This document shows, one piece after another, positions 9,506 to 20,200 of a stretch of DNA of 64,000 bases. The notes beneath the pieces are model-generated. The model searched no databases. It had not been told where the DNA came from and was given only the letters and a program-made list of their open reading frames with translations. A program made the position numbers and the translations under genes. The stretch's first letter is position 1. Each line of letters starts with the position of its first letter. This DNA comes from Candidatus Hydrogenedentota bacterium. Its GTDB lineage: Bacteria; Hydrogenedentota; Hydrogenedentia; Hydrogenedentales; SLHB01. The stretch is taken from assembly GCA_963668025.2 (NCBI GenBank), contig CAXXTH010000017.1, positions 672,001 to 736,000 of the forward strand, written 5' to 3'.

Positions 9506-9590
9506 AAGATCTGGATTTGAGACCACTAAATACACCAAACACACGAAGATTTGTAGGGAGGGGCTTGCCCCACCGCTCAAGGCTAATACG
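9506..9590. repeat. ~85-bp dispersed intergenic repeat containing a GTAG-type REP palindrome (second copy 23116-23199)
   Basis: AAGATC(T/C)GGATTTG.GACCAC.AAA.ACAC.AAA.ACAC.AA..TTTGTAGGG.GGGGCT.GCCCC.CC shared between the two sites. Confidence 0.8.
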
Positions 9591-9614
9591 GTAAGTAACC
9601 AAAGGAGCCAAATC

Positions 9615-10415
9615 ATGAGGCATCTTAACTGGATCACGTGTTCAGCGGTCTTCGCCCTGCTGGGAATCACCGCCGCGGCGCAGGACGCGCCATCAGTGGA
9701 TGAGATCGTCAAGAAGACCAACCATATGGCGTATTACCAAGGCGCGGATGGCCGGGCGCAGGTGAAAATGACCATCACGGACTCGCAAGCCCGGACCCGC
9801 GAGAAGGCCTTCACTATCTTGCGCAAAAACATGGACGACAAGGAAGAAGCGCAGGATTTCTATGTGTATTTCACCGAACCGTCGGACGAACGCGGTACGG
9901 TCTTCATGGTGCATAAGTTCATGGACAAGGATGACGACCGCTGGCTGTATCTGCCCGCCCTTGATGTGGTGAAGCGCATCGCCGCTTCGGACAAGCGCAC
10001 CAGCTTCGCGGGGTCCACATTCTTTTACGAGGACGTGACGGGCCGAAACATCAACGCGGACACCCATGAACTCTTGCAGACCACGGACGTGTATTACGTC
10101 TTGAAAAACACCCCGAAAGATCCCATCACGGTGGAGTTCGACTCGTACACCATGTATATTCACAAGGAGACCTTTATACCGGTGCAGATCACGTTCGAGA
10201 AAGGCGGCGAGATTTACCGCACGGCCACGACGCTGGACGTGAAGGATATCCAGGGTCATAAAACGGTCGTTAAAGGTAAAATGGAAGACAAGAAGATGGG
10301 CACGACGACCGTGCTCGAATACCCGAGCGTCGAGTACGATGTAAACTTGCCCGCGGATATCTATACGGAACGGTATCTGCGCAACGCGCCGGTGGATCAA
10401 CTGAATCTGAAGTAG
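9615..10415 (+). CDS. LolA-like outer-membrane lipoprotein-sorting family protein
   Basis: Signal peptide AAA-Q; DDRWLYLPAL..VKRI...KRTSFAGSTFFYED motif typical of MMPL-associated LolA-like proteins. Confidence 0.85.
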   Translation: MRHLNWITCSAVFALLGITAAAQDAPSVDEIVKKTNHMAYYQGADGRAQVKMTITDSQARTREKAFTILRKNMDDKEEAQDFYVYFTEPSDERGTVFMVHKFMDKDDDRWLYLPALDVVKRIAASDKRTSFAGSTFFYEDVTGRNINADTHELLQTTDVYYVLKNTPKDPITVEFDSYTMYIHKETFIPVQITFEKGGEIYRTATTLDVKDIQGHKTVVKGKMEDKKMGTTTVLEYPSVEYDVNLPADIYTERYLRNAPVDQLNLK

Positions 10416-10451
10416 GACGTTATGTCCCGCTGGACATAACAGGAGACGGAC

Positions 10452-11747
10452 ATGCTGAATCATCTGGAATTGAAGCATGTTGGCCCCGCGACGGAAATGA
10501 CGATTGACTTCGCGCCAAGGCTTAACATCCTTACCGGAGACAACGGCCTCGGCAAGACGTTTGTTTTGGATGTCGCCTGGTGGGCGCTCACCGGTTGTTG
10601 GGCCACGCAGCCCGCGTGGCCCCAACCGGGCAAGGCCCGAGAAGCTGAAATCTCTTACGATTTTCAAACGCTGCCGGAAGCCAAGTGTCACGGCACAAGT
10701 CATTATGATATCAAGTATGAGGACTGGCGAGAGATTGGCAAAGGACCGGATAAACATGGCCTTGCGCTCTATATTCGTGCGGATGGCGGTTTCTCTGTTT
10801 GGGATCCAGCGCGGGATCGTGGGAGAGGAACGCCTTTATCCACGTACGATAGTGAGGAATTCCCCGCCACATATGATTTTACTGCGCGGGAAGTATGGGA
10901 TGGGTTGCCCGGTCCAAAAGGAATACCTGTTTGTAATGGGCTCATACGCGACTGGGTTTCATGGCAAGATAGAGATGATATCGAATTTGAAAAACTCCGC
11001 GAAGTACTTCACGTCCTTTCCTCAATTAAAGAAGAGAACCCTGAACCCGGTGAAGAGAACCTAGAACCCGGTAAGCACACACGCGTTTATGTGAACGACG
11101 CCCGAGATCATCCCACCATCAAGCTGCCATACGGCGAAATCCCTGTGGTATTCGCTTCGGCTGGCATGAAGCGCATTCTGGCGCTCGCATACCTCATTGT
11201 ATGGGCGCAAAGGGAGCATGTTAGCGCGTCCAAGCTACTAGGCGATGCCCCTGCGGAAAATGTCACCATACTGATTGATGAGGTGGAGGCGCATCTCCAT
11301 CCACAATGGCAGCGAATGATCCTGCCTGCCTTACTGAGCACCTTTACTGGCATGAAGCATCAGATCATCGCCAGCACACATGCGCCTTTGGTGATGGCTT
11401 CCGCCGAGCCCATTTTCCAAGAAAATAACGACAAGGTATTGAGCTTCGACGTTGAAGAAAATGAAGTGCGCGTGAAGGAGGTGGGGTGGAGGAGGCGTGG
11501 CGACGCCACCGCATGGCTAACGAGCGAAGTCTTTGGGCTTGAATACGCTCGTTCGCGTAAAGCAGAAGAGGTCATGGAAGAAGCATTCCAAATCATGAAG
11601 AGCGACGTGATAGATGTGGTGAAGGCGCGGCAAGTTCATGAAAAGCTATCAAATCTGCTGAGCGACATCGATCCTTTCTGGATTCGCTGGCGGTATGTGG
11701 GGGAAAAGAAGGGGTGGCTGCATGATACCGGTACATCCGAAGCCTGA
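10452..11747 (+). CDS. ABC-like (AAA_21) ATPase, PtuA/Septu-like defence component
   Basis: Walker A GDNGLGKT, signature SAGMKR, Walker B LIDEVEAHLHPQWQ, H-loop STHAP; no TM segments; overlaps an HNH gene. Confidence 0.8.
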   Translation: MLNHLELKHVGPATEMTIDFAPRLNILTGDNGLGKTFVLDVAWWALTGCWATQPAWPQPGKAREAEISYDFQTLPEAKCHGTSHYDIKYEDWREIGKGPDKHGLALYIRADGGFSVWDPARDRGRGTPLSTYDSEEFPATYDFTAREVWDGLPGPKGIPVCNGLIRDWVSWQDRDDIEFEKLREVLHVLSSIKEENPEPGEENLEPGKHTRVYVNDARDHPTIKLPYGEIPVVFASAGMKRILALAYLIVWAQREHVSASKLLGDAPAENVTILIDEVEAHLHPQWQRMILPALLSTFTGMKHQIIASTHAPLVMASAEPIFQENNDKVLSFDVEENEVRVKEVGWRRRGDATAWLTSEVFGLEYARSRKAEEVMEEAFQIMKSDVIDVVKARQVHEKLSNLLSDIDPFWIRWRYVGEKKGWLHDTGTSEA

Positions 11748-12384
11748 ACCGGCGGATTTTGATGCAAAGGTGCGCCAAAAGGGCTTGGCGTGGCTCAACA
11801 AGAATGGATTTCTTGTTTCTGGACCCATTCCCGCTGGCACCAAATTGCCTTCATATTGGAGAGACTGCCTAAAAGAGCTGCATGCCGCTTATAATGGCAT
11901 TTGCGCGTATGTCTGTATCTATATCGAGCCCGTTACTGGCTCTAGAACCGTCGAGCATTTCGTAGCAAAATCTAAAGACATTGGCCTTGCATATGAATGG
12001 AGCAATTACAGACTCGCATGCGGCAAGATGAACAGCCGCAAATGTGACTTCGACGATGTTCTAGATCCTTTCCTTATTCAAGATAAGATTCAAGATAAGA
12101 CTTTCTTTCTTGATTTGGTGACGGGAGGGATCTTCTCCAATCCGGCATTGGAAGCGGAAACCAAGCAAAAGGCAGATGACACCATTAAGCGTTTGGGGCT
12201 TGATGATCCCGAATGCCGTCAAGTGAGATCCGCTTACTTCGACGATTATATCAATGGCCAAATAACCAGTGATTACCTGCGACGAAAAAATCCTTTTGTA
12301 TGGATAGAAGCATTCAGGCAGAATCTACTCAAACCGGAAGATCTAGCATATGACTACTTCGACGCTTTACAGAATATCAAGTAG
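11722..12384 (+). CDS. HNH endonuclease, PtuB-like
   Basis: CAYVC...VEHFVAKS....AYEWSNYRLAC..MNSRK motif; start overlaps the ATPase 3' end; lower GC than flanks. Confidence 0.8.
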   Translation: MIPVHPKPEPADFDAKVRQKGLAWLNKNGFLVSGPIPAGTKLPSYWRDCLKELHAAYNGICAYVCIYIEPVTGSRTVEHFVAKSKDIGLAYEWSNYRLACGKMNSRKCDFDDVLDPFLIQDKIQDKTFFLDLVTGGIFSNPALEAETKQKADDTIKRLGLDDPECRQVRSAYFDDYINGQITSDYLRRKNPFVWIEAFRQNLLKPEDLAYDYFDALQNIK

Positions 12385-13852
12385 CGTGATTAGTCTGTGT
12401 CTCCTACTCTTCTGCTCAACGCAGGCGGGGTTCGCAGAAGACGCGCCGCCCTTGCCGCCGGGACTCGGCGGTGGCGCGTCGGATGCCGGTCCGGCGTTGC
12501 CTGCGGGACTGGGCGATAGCGCCTCCTCGACGACACCGTCGCTCCCACCGGGCCTAGGCGGAGGCGAGACCAACGGACCTGCGTTGCCGCCTGGACTTGG
12601 CGCTGAAAGCGCCGATTCGGCGAAAGAAGCGCAAACAGCGGGACCGCAAACACTGTTCGAGCGGCTGAGGCTGCATGGATTCTGGGAGGCGCGCGGGGGC
12701 GTCCGCACGCAGGAAGACGCCGCGCAACCCGCTGACGCCATCATCGGTGAAACGCGTTTGCAGTTAAAGTCTCGCTATGATTTCGAGGCCCATGCCAACG
12801 CGCGCATCGAAGCCACCGCGGACCTGTATCTCGACGGCGTCCTCGAGGACCCCGAGGCGGACTTGCGGATGCTGCGGCTCACATGGCCCGTGTCGGACAC
12901 CGTGGACGTGCGCATCGGACGGCAAGTGCTCACGTGGGGTACGGGCGACATGCTGTTCATCAACGATTTGTTCCCGAAGGACTGGCCGTCGTTTTTCATG
13001 GGGCGCGACGCCGAATATCTCAAAGCGCCTTCGGATACGGTGCGCATCGGCTGGTATCCGGGGCCTGTAAATATCGAGTTTGTCTACACGCCGCAGTTCA
13101 CGCCGGACCGTTTCATCACGGGCGAACGGATTAGCTACTGGAATCCGCTCCTCGGGCGGCATGGCGGCCAGCACGAGCAGGTGGATTACAACGCCCCGAG
13201 CACGTGGTTCGAGGACGATGAATTCGCCCTGCGGATTTATAAGAACATCGGGGGCTATGAATTCGCGGTCTACGGATACTCTGGTTACTGGAAAAGCCCC
13301 GGCGGGCAGCGGTTGATTCCGCTCATGCAGGCGTCGTTCCCGAAATTGAACGTCTATGGGGCCAGCGTGCGCGGCACGGTGGGGCGGGGCATTGGCAACA
13401 TCGAGGTGGGTTATTACGATTCTAGGCAAGACCGCCCGGGCGGCAATCCGCTTATCAACAACAGCGAATTCCGCCTGCTGGCAGGATATGAACAGGAACT
13501 AGCGAAGGAATTCACCGGCGCGTTCCAATATTATCTGGAACATATGATGGACTATGGCGAGTACGAGCGCGCCCGGTTCTTCTTCGAGCCGAAACGCCAT
13601 CAAAACCGCCAGGTGCTCACGGTCCGTTTGACGAAGCTGCTCATGAACCAAAATCTGACGCTGTCACTATTCATGTATTACAGCCCCACAGATGGCGACG
13701 CGTATTTGCGCCCGCTCACTCAATACAAGATGAACGATCATTGGACCTTCGAGCTGGGCGGGAATGTGTTTGTGGGCAGGTTGGATACGTCCTTCTTCGG
13801 CCAATTCGAGGACAACACGAATGTGTATGCCTCGGCGCGGTATTCCTTTTGA
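12350..13852 (+). CDS. Outer-membrane beta-barrel protein (DUF1302-like, MMPL-associated) with N-terminal LPxGLG repeats
   Basis: Signal peptide AGFA; RIGRQVLTWGTGD motif; alternating beta-strand pattern; C-terminal ARYSF barrel signature; start uncertain. Confidence 0.75.
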   Translation: MTTSTLYRISSSVISLCLLLFCSTQAGFAEDAPPLPPGLGGGASDAGPALPAGLGDSASSTTPSLPPGLGGGETNGPALPPGLGAESADSAKEAQTAGPQTLFERLRLHGFWEARGGVRTQEDAAQPADAIIGETRLQLKSRYDFEAHANARIEATADLYLDGVLEDPEADLRMLRLTWPVSDTVDVRIGRQVLTWGTGDMLFINDLFPKDWPSFFMGRDAEYLKAPSDTVRIGWYPGPVNIEFVYTPQFTPDRFITGERISYWNPLLGRHGGQHEQVDYNAPSTWFEDDEFALRIYKNIGGYEFAVYGYSGYWKSPGGQRLIPLMQASFPKLNVYGASVRGTVGRGIGNIEVGYYDSRQDRPGGNPLINNSEFRLLAGYEQELAKEFTGAFQYYLEHMMDYGEYERARFFFEPKRHQNRQVLTVRLTKLLMNQNLTLSLFMYYSPTDGDAYLRPLTQYKMNDHWTFELGGNVFVGRLDTSFFGQFEDNTNVYASARYSF

Positions 13853-13860
13853 AAAAACAT

Positions 13861-13896
13861 ATCCGGGGAGCCGATAAATCAGTAAGCTCCCCGGAT
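13861..13896. terminator. Hairpin between convergent transcription units
   Basis: ATCCGGGGAGC / GCTCCCCGGAT 11-bp stem just after the stop at 13852; poor U tail. Confidence 0.5.
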
Positions 13897-13940
13897 TTGG
13901 CGGCGCAGTTGCGCCGAAGGGCCTGTATTCCCCACGCGAT

Positions 13941-14054
13941 TTATACGCTGGCTTTTAATTTGTTAACGTCTTCGGTGGAATAAAGGTATTTGCCGGAATC
14001 ACATTCGGCTTTAGATGGGATGGAAGTGACACTCATGGGACGGACATGCTTCAT
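13941..14054 (-). CDS. Unannotated 37-aa small protein MKHVRPMSVTSIPSKAECDSGKYLYSTEDVNKLKASV
   Basis: ATG at 14054 with AGAGGAGA RBS ~7 nt upstream, TAA at 13941-13943; TTGACA-N18-CACAAT upstream on minus strand. Confidence 0.6.
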   Translation of the reverse strand: MKHVRPMSVTSIPSKAECDSGKYLYSTEDVNKLKASV

Positions 14055-14204
14055 TAGATAATTCTCCTCTTTTTCAGATGCAGCGGCAACTACACAAAAA
14101 ACATTGCCCCAAACAAATTGTGCGCCATAAGAAGGCGGCTTGTCAAGAAGTAAATAATTTACTTCAACATATATGTCTCAAATACATATGGAACGGTGTG
14201 GCTG

Positions 14205-17200
14205 TTATGGCTGTTTCTCCGCTTCATGCAAACATTCATTCAGCCGCTGGGTGAGCACCTCGACATAGGGGGAGGCGAAAATCGCGGCATGGTTGCCGGG
14301 GATGGATATTTGGGTGACGCCGCCGTGTGCATAGTCGCGCCATCCGCAGGCCGTAGCTTCCATTATAGCCGCATAAGCGGGTTCGGGGGCCGTGTGCATC
14401 AGCGTGATGGAGCCGCCGTAAGGCTTTGGCTGGTAGGCGTTGTACTCGCGGGTGTTGGCCCGAAGAGTCGAGAAAACTTGGCGCGTCTCGGGTATGTCTA
14501 TCATCGACAGGCGCTCACTATTGGAGAGCGTGTCGGCCACATTCGCTTTGCGGCGCAGAATGCGGTATACGCCATCGAGCAAGGCCCAATTCAGAAAATC
14601 CCAGAATGCCATGCGATTGCCTTGGCCTTGCATACGCTTCTGTAGCACCTGTAGCATCATGTAAATCCCGTCGCGGATGTACGGTATGGAGTCGCGCGTG
14701 TAGGCGGCGGTGACGTGTAGTATGCGCCAGATTCGCCCGAGGCGTCCCAGTATGCCTCGAGGAGGCTGCATGATGTCATGCTTCAACACGGCATCAAACA
14801 GGATGAGGCTGTCCACGCGCTCGCCTTCGGCTTCGAGCTGGCGCGCCATTTCGAATGCCACGACGCCGCCATAAGACCAGCCCCCGAGAAAATACGGCCC
14901 GTGCGGCTGCACACGCCGCATCGCGGCGATGTAGTGCGTGGCCAGTTCCTCGATGCTGGATATGGATACGGGCTGGCTGCCCACGCGCGGATCTTGCAGG
15001 GCGTAGAAGGGCCTGCCCGGCTCGATATGCAAGGCCATGCCATAATAAGGAAACGCAACGCCAGTGGCGGGAGCGGCGCAGAAAAATGGGCGCTTGCCGC
15101 CTTCGGCGCGCAGGGGGACCAGCACCCCGCCTTCGACCACGGGAGCAGAATCAGGCGCATCCGGGCCGCCCGACAGTGACGCGGCGAGGCCTTCGACCGT
15201 GGGAGTCGAGAACAGCGCCTGGATGGATACTTCCATCCCCGTGGCTTCCTTGAGGCGGGACAGCAACTGTATGGCGGTGAGGGAATGCCCGCCTAACTCG
15301 AAATAATTATCATGCACGCCCACGCGCTCGACACCGAGGACTTCTTGCCATACACGCGCGATGGTTTCTTCCTCGGGCGTTCGCGGGGCCACATAGGCGC
15401 GCGTGGCGGCCAGAGGCTCATCGAGTTCGGGCAGCGCCCGCCGGTCCACTTTGCCGTTGGGCGTGAGGGGGATGCGTTCGATGGCCATGTAGCGGGCCGG
15501 AACCATGTGGTCCGGCAGGGCCGCGCGGAGATGGGCCGCCAAGTCTTGCGGCGCGGGCGCGCACCCTTCCGGTGCATAATAAGCGACAAGCTGTTTGCCG
15601 CCGCGCCCGTCGTCGCGTGCGTCCACCACGGCCTCGCGCACTTGCGGGTGGCTGGCCAGCACGGCCTCGATTTCACCTAGTTCGATGCGGTAGCCGCGCA
15701 CTTTTACTTGCGTGTCGATGCGGCCCAGGAACTCGATTTGGCCGTCGCTCCGGTATCGGACCAAGTCGCCCGTGCGGTACATGCGCGCGCCGGGCGTGTT
15801 CGAGAAGAGATCTGGCACAAAGGCTTTCGCGGTCAAGTCCGGGCGGTTCAAATAACCGCGCGCAAGGCCATATCCGGTGATGTGGAGTTCGCCCGGCACG
15901 CCGATGGGCGTGGGGCGGCCATGCGTATCGAGAATGTAGACGCGCACGTTGGACATGGGGCGTCCGATACTGGGTGCGCCATCGATGCCCGGTTCGAGAA
16001 TGCTGCCTGTCGCCATGACCGTATTTTCCGTGGGGCCATATAAATTCGCGAATTGGGATGGAAACGATTTGGGCGGATAGCGGTGGAGCGTGTCGCCGCC
16101 AGTATAGATAAACCGCATCGAAACCGAAGTGGGCCATTCCAGGCCGAGTATGCCTTCCGCGATGGAGGTCGGCAAGAAGCAACCTGTTAGCCGTTCCGAC
16201 AGGATCCAATCGCGCACGGCTTCATATGACGATAAGGAATTCAGATCCTGGACGTGCAGGCTGCCGCCCGCCGTGAGGGCCCACCACGTTTCATACGTTG
16301 CCGCATCGAATGCGGGGCCGGAGACGCAGGTCGAGCGGTCTTCAGGCGTACAGGCGAATGTCTCATGGTGCCACTGCAACAGATGCCGGAGCGGGCCGTG
16401 GTTAATCTCGACTCCCTTGGGCTGGCCCGTCGAGCCGCTGGTGTAAATGACATACGAGCGGTCCTCGGGGCCTATCGGAATATTCAGCTCCGAATCCGGC
16501 TCTTGGGCGAAGGCCGTCCATTCGGGGTCCACGGAGAACATGCGTACGCCGCTTCCCTCGAACTGGGCGGCGCATTCCGGCCCGGCCAGGAGCGCACGTG
16601 CGGCGGAATCCTCGAGCATAAAGGCGATACGGCTAGGGGGATAGGCGGGGTCGATGGCCACATAGGCCGCTCCGGCTTTCCATACCCCCAGCCACGCCAC
16701 AGGCAATTCCGGGCAGCGTTTCATACACACCGCCACGAGATCGCCGGGTTGCACGCCATGGCGGCGCAGCGTATGGGCGATCTGGTTCGCGCGGGCGTTC
16801 AGTTCGCCATAGGTGAGGCGGCGTCCGCGCCCTTCGATGGCCAGCGCCTCGGGGCGGGCCATGGCGTTGTCGCGCACCCAATCGGGCGGGCATGGCGCAT
16901 CAGGATATGTACGCTCCGTGGCGTTCCATTCGACCAGCACGCGGTGGCGTTCCGCTTCGGACAGCGTGGCAATGGTTCCCAAAGGCGCGTCTTCATTTGC
17001 GGCGATGTGTTCGAGCGCCGTGCGCCATTGTCCAAGAACGCGCTCCACTTCCGCTTCGCTGAAATAGCGGCGGTCGTATACCAGCCGGAGCAGAAGGGTT
17101 TGCCCGACGGCCACGGCGGTGAGGGGATAATTGGTGCGTTCATACATGCCGTGTTCGAGGAGCCGCAGATCGCCCATGCCATCTCGGAGGGAATCATCCA

Positions 17201-20200
17201 TGGGGTAATTCTCGAACACCAAAATACTGTCGAACAGGGATTTCGAGGCCGGGATTCCGCTCCAGCGCTGGATATGCGCCAGCGGGGCGAAATCAAACGC
17301 GCCCGATTCGATGGCGCGTTCATGCAGGGAGCGCAGCCACGCGGATGCCGGCTCGTCTTCCGGAATGGACACCCGCACGGGGATAGTGTTGATGAATAGG
17401 CCCACCATGGACTCGATGCCGGGAATTTCCGGTGGGCGGGAGGTCACGGTGGCTCCGAAAACGATATCGTCTTCATCGCTCCGGCGCGCCAGCACAAGCG
17501 CCCATGCGCCTTGGAGTATCGTATTGAGCGTGATGCGATGCCGCCGCGCCAAGGCATTCAACGATTCGCGCATTTCCGGCGGCAGCGTGGCCTGCATGTT
17601 TCCCCGCCCTGCGTCCGCACCCGCCGCGCCTGCGCGGTCCGCGCACAATGGCGTGGGATGGGTGAAACCATCCAATACGCCCCGCCAATACGATTCGGCG
17701 GCGGCGTGGTCTTGAGATTCGAGCCATGCAATATAATCGCCGTAAGGTGGAGCAGCAGAGCGCGCGCCCGCGCCGCCTTGGCGCATGGCTTCGTAATCAG
17801 CCAGCGTTTCCCGCAGCAGGACGGGCATGCTCCACCCGTCAATCAATAGATGGTGAGTGGTCCATACGAGCCGCCAGGCAGTGTCGCGCAGGTGCAGCAA
17901 GGTGAACCGGGTCAGCGGCGCGCGTTCGAGTGCAAACCCGCGTGCGCGGTCGGCCTCGATGAAGGATTCGAGGCGAGTAGCTTGTTCTATTTCGTCAACG
18001 CCGCGCCAGTCTTGCACGGTAAACTCGGGTTCGGCGCGGCGGAACACCACTTGGCGGGGTTCGCCCGCGCCTTCATACACAAAAGCCGTGCGCAGAATGG
18101 AATGGCGGGCGCAGGCGTTGCGCCAGGCTTGTTGGAATGCCGCCACATCAAGGACGCCGCTCAACAGGCCGTTCCACTGCTCGATGTACATGGCTTCCGA
18201 GGGAGCAAGAAGCGTGTGGAAGAGCATGCCTTCCTGCATGGGTGACAGGGGGTAGATATCTTCGATATCACGCGGGCCTGCCACGCCTTCAAAACGCGCG
18301 ATGAGGCGGTCGAGCTGTTCCACATCCAGGTGGGATCGAGGGAAATCGGAAGGCGTGCACCCCCCTGAAGCGGGGTCTTGGCAATGGGCGATCAAGGCGC
18401 GCAAGGCGTTCATGTAGTATTCGGCCCATTGCGCTATCGTTTCGGTGCGATGCAGGTTCTCACTATAGCTCCATTCCAATCCCAAGCGGCCATTGAGCAT
18501 CATGGCGTTAATGACGATGGCATGAGTCCGGCGGTTTCTCGGATCGTGCATCGGGCCGGCCGACTCATCCGCTAGAGACATCTGGGGCGCATCGAACTGG
18601 CCTAAGTAATTGAACGCCACATCTGGCTCGGGGGTTGAAGCGAGAGCGTCACGGTACGTGGATTCTTTACGGAGATACCGCAGCAATCCATATGGCGCGC
18701 CATGCCCTGGTATGTGGCGAAGCTGTTCTTTGATAGACTTGATGCGCTTTCCGAGGTTTGCGCCAGGCAACGTTTTCAGTAGGACAGGATACGCGGACGT
18801 GAACCAGCCCACCGTGCGCGAACAATCCGGCCCATCGGGCAAAACGTCGCGCCCATGGCCCTCGATAGTTAAGGAAACGGCCCGTGAACCTGTCCATGCG
18901 GTTAAGGTATCCGCCAACGCCGTGAGCAACAGATCATTAATCTGCGTGCGATACGCCCGTGAGATGTCCTGAAATAAAACGCGGTTCTCTTCGGGATTGA
19001 GGAAAACCAAATGCACTCGAGCCGAGGCTTCGGAATTCCCTCCCCCAGGAAAATCGAGTGGAAGGAGCGCGGCCTGTTTCCAGGAGGCATCCAGCCAATA
19101 TGCAGCGCAAGCAGCCACTGTCTCGGACTCGGCGTATTCGGCCAAGGCGTCCGCCCAACATTTATACGAGGCTGTTTTCGAAGGGAGCACAATTGCCCGG
19201 CCTTCCCGGACTTGGGCGTATGCGGATTGCAGATCCTCGATCAGGATACGCCAAGAGACGCCATCCACAACCAAGTGATGCGCCGCCAGCAGCAGCCGCG
19301 AAGAGCGTTCCGCGCCAAGGTTCATGTATAACGCCCGGAACATGGGGCCGCGTGTGATATGAAGGGTTGCTTGGAACGCGGAAGCGGCAGCCTCGATGGC
19401 GGCGGGCAGGCGTTCGGAATCCCATTCCGATAAATCGCACGTTTCCAGCAAGCCATCGAATGAAGGCTCCGCATATGACTGGACCCATCCATCCACGGAT
19501 GGCGCATACCTCAGCCGCAAGGCGTCGTGATGCTCGACCAAGGCCTGCAATGCTTTTTGCAATGCTTCCGATTCAAATCTCTCCCGAATCTCAATCAGGG
19601 GCGCTTGGTTCCAATAATGCTGTGTTTGGGCGTCCGCGCCCGGGCCTTCGAAGAACCAGCGCTGGATAGGCGTCAGCGGGACGGTTCCCGATGCGAGGCC
19701 CTGTTCCGCGGCGGGCAGCGCTTCGCGCCCGCCCATGGCCGCGGCGAGGCCCGCCACCGTCTGATGCTGAAAAAACAACTTGGGCGTGATGGCCAGCCCG
19801 GTTTGATTGGCCCGGGCCACGACCTGAATGCTCAAAATTGAATCGCCGCCCAGCTCGAAGAAGTTGTCGCGCCTTCCCACACGCTCGACGCCGAGCACTT
19901 CGCGCCAGATGCCCGCGAGACGCTCCTCGGCGGCATTGCGCGGGGCTTCGTAGGCATCGGATTCGCGTGCGTCATAATCGGGGGCAGGCAGCGCGCGGCG
20001 GTCAATCTTGCCGCTTGCCATTAGCGGCATGGCGTCGAGAAAGACGAAGTGCGCGGGAATCATATACGTGGGCAGGCTCGATTCGAGAAACGCACGCAAA
20101 ACCAGCACATCGAGCGGCGCGCCCTTTGATACGGCATACGCCACGAGACGCTTGCCGCCGGATGCGTCCTCGAGCGCCACGACGGCGGCTTCGCGCACGT

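Noticed and set aside
10452-12384. Retron (Ec78-type) system
   Set aside because: No reverse transcriptase and no room for msr-msd near the ATPase-HNH pair in this window.
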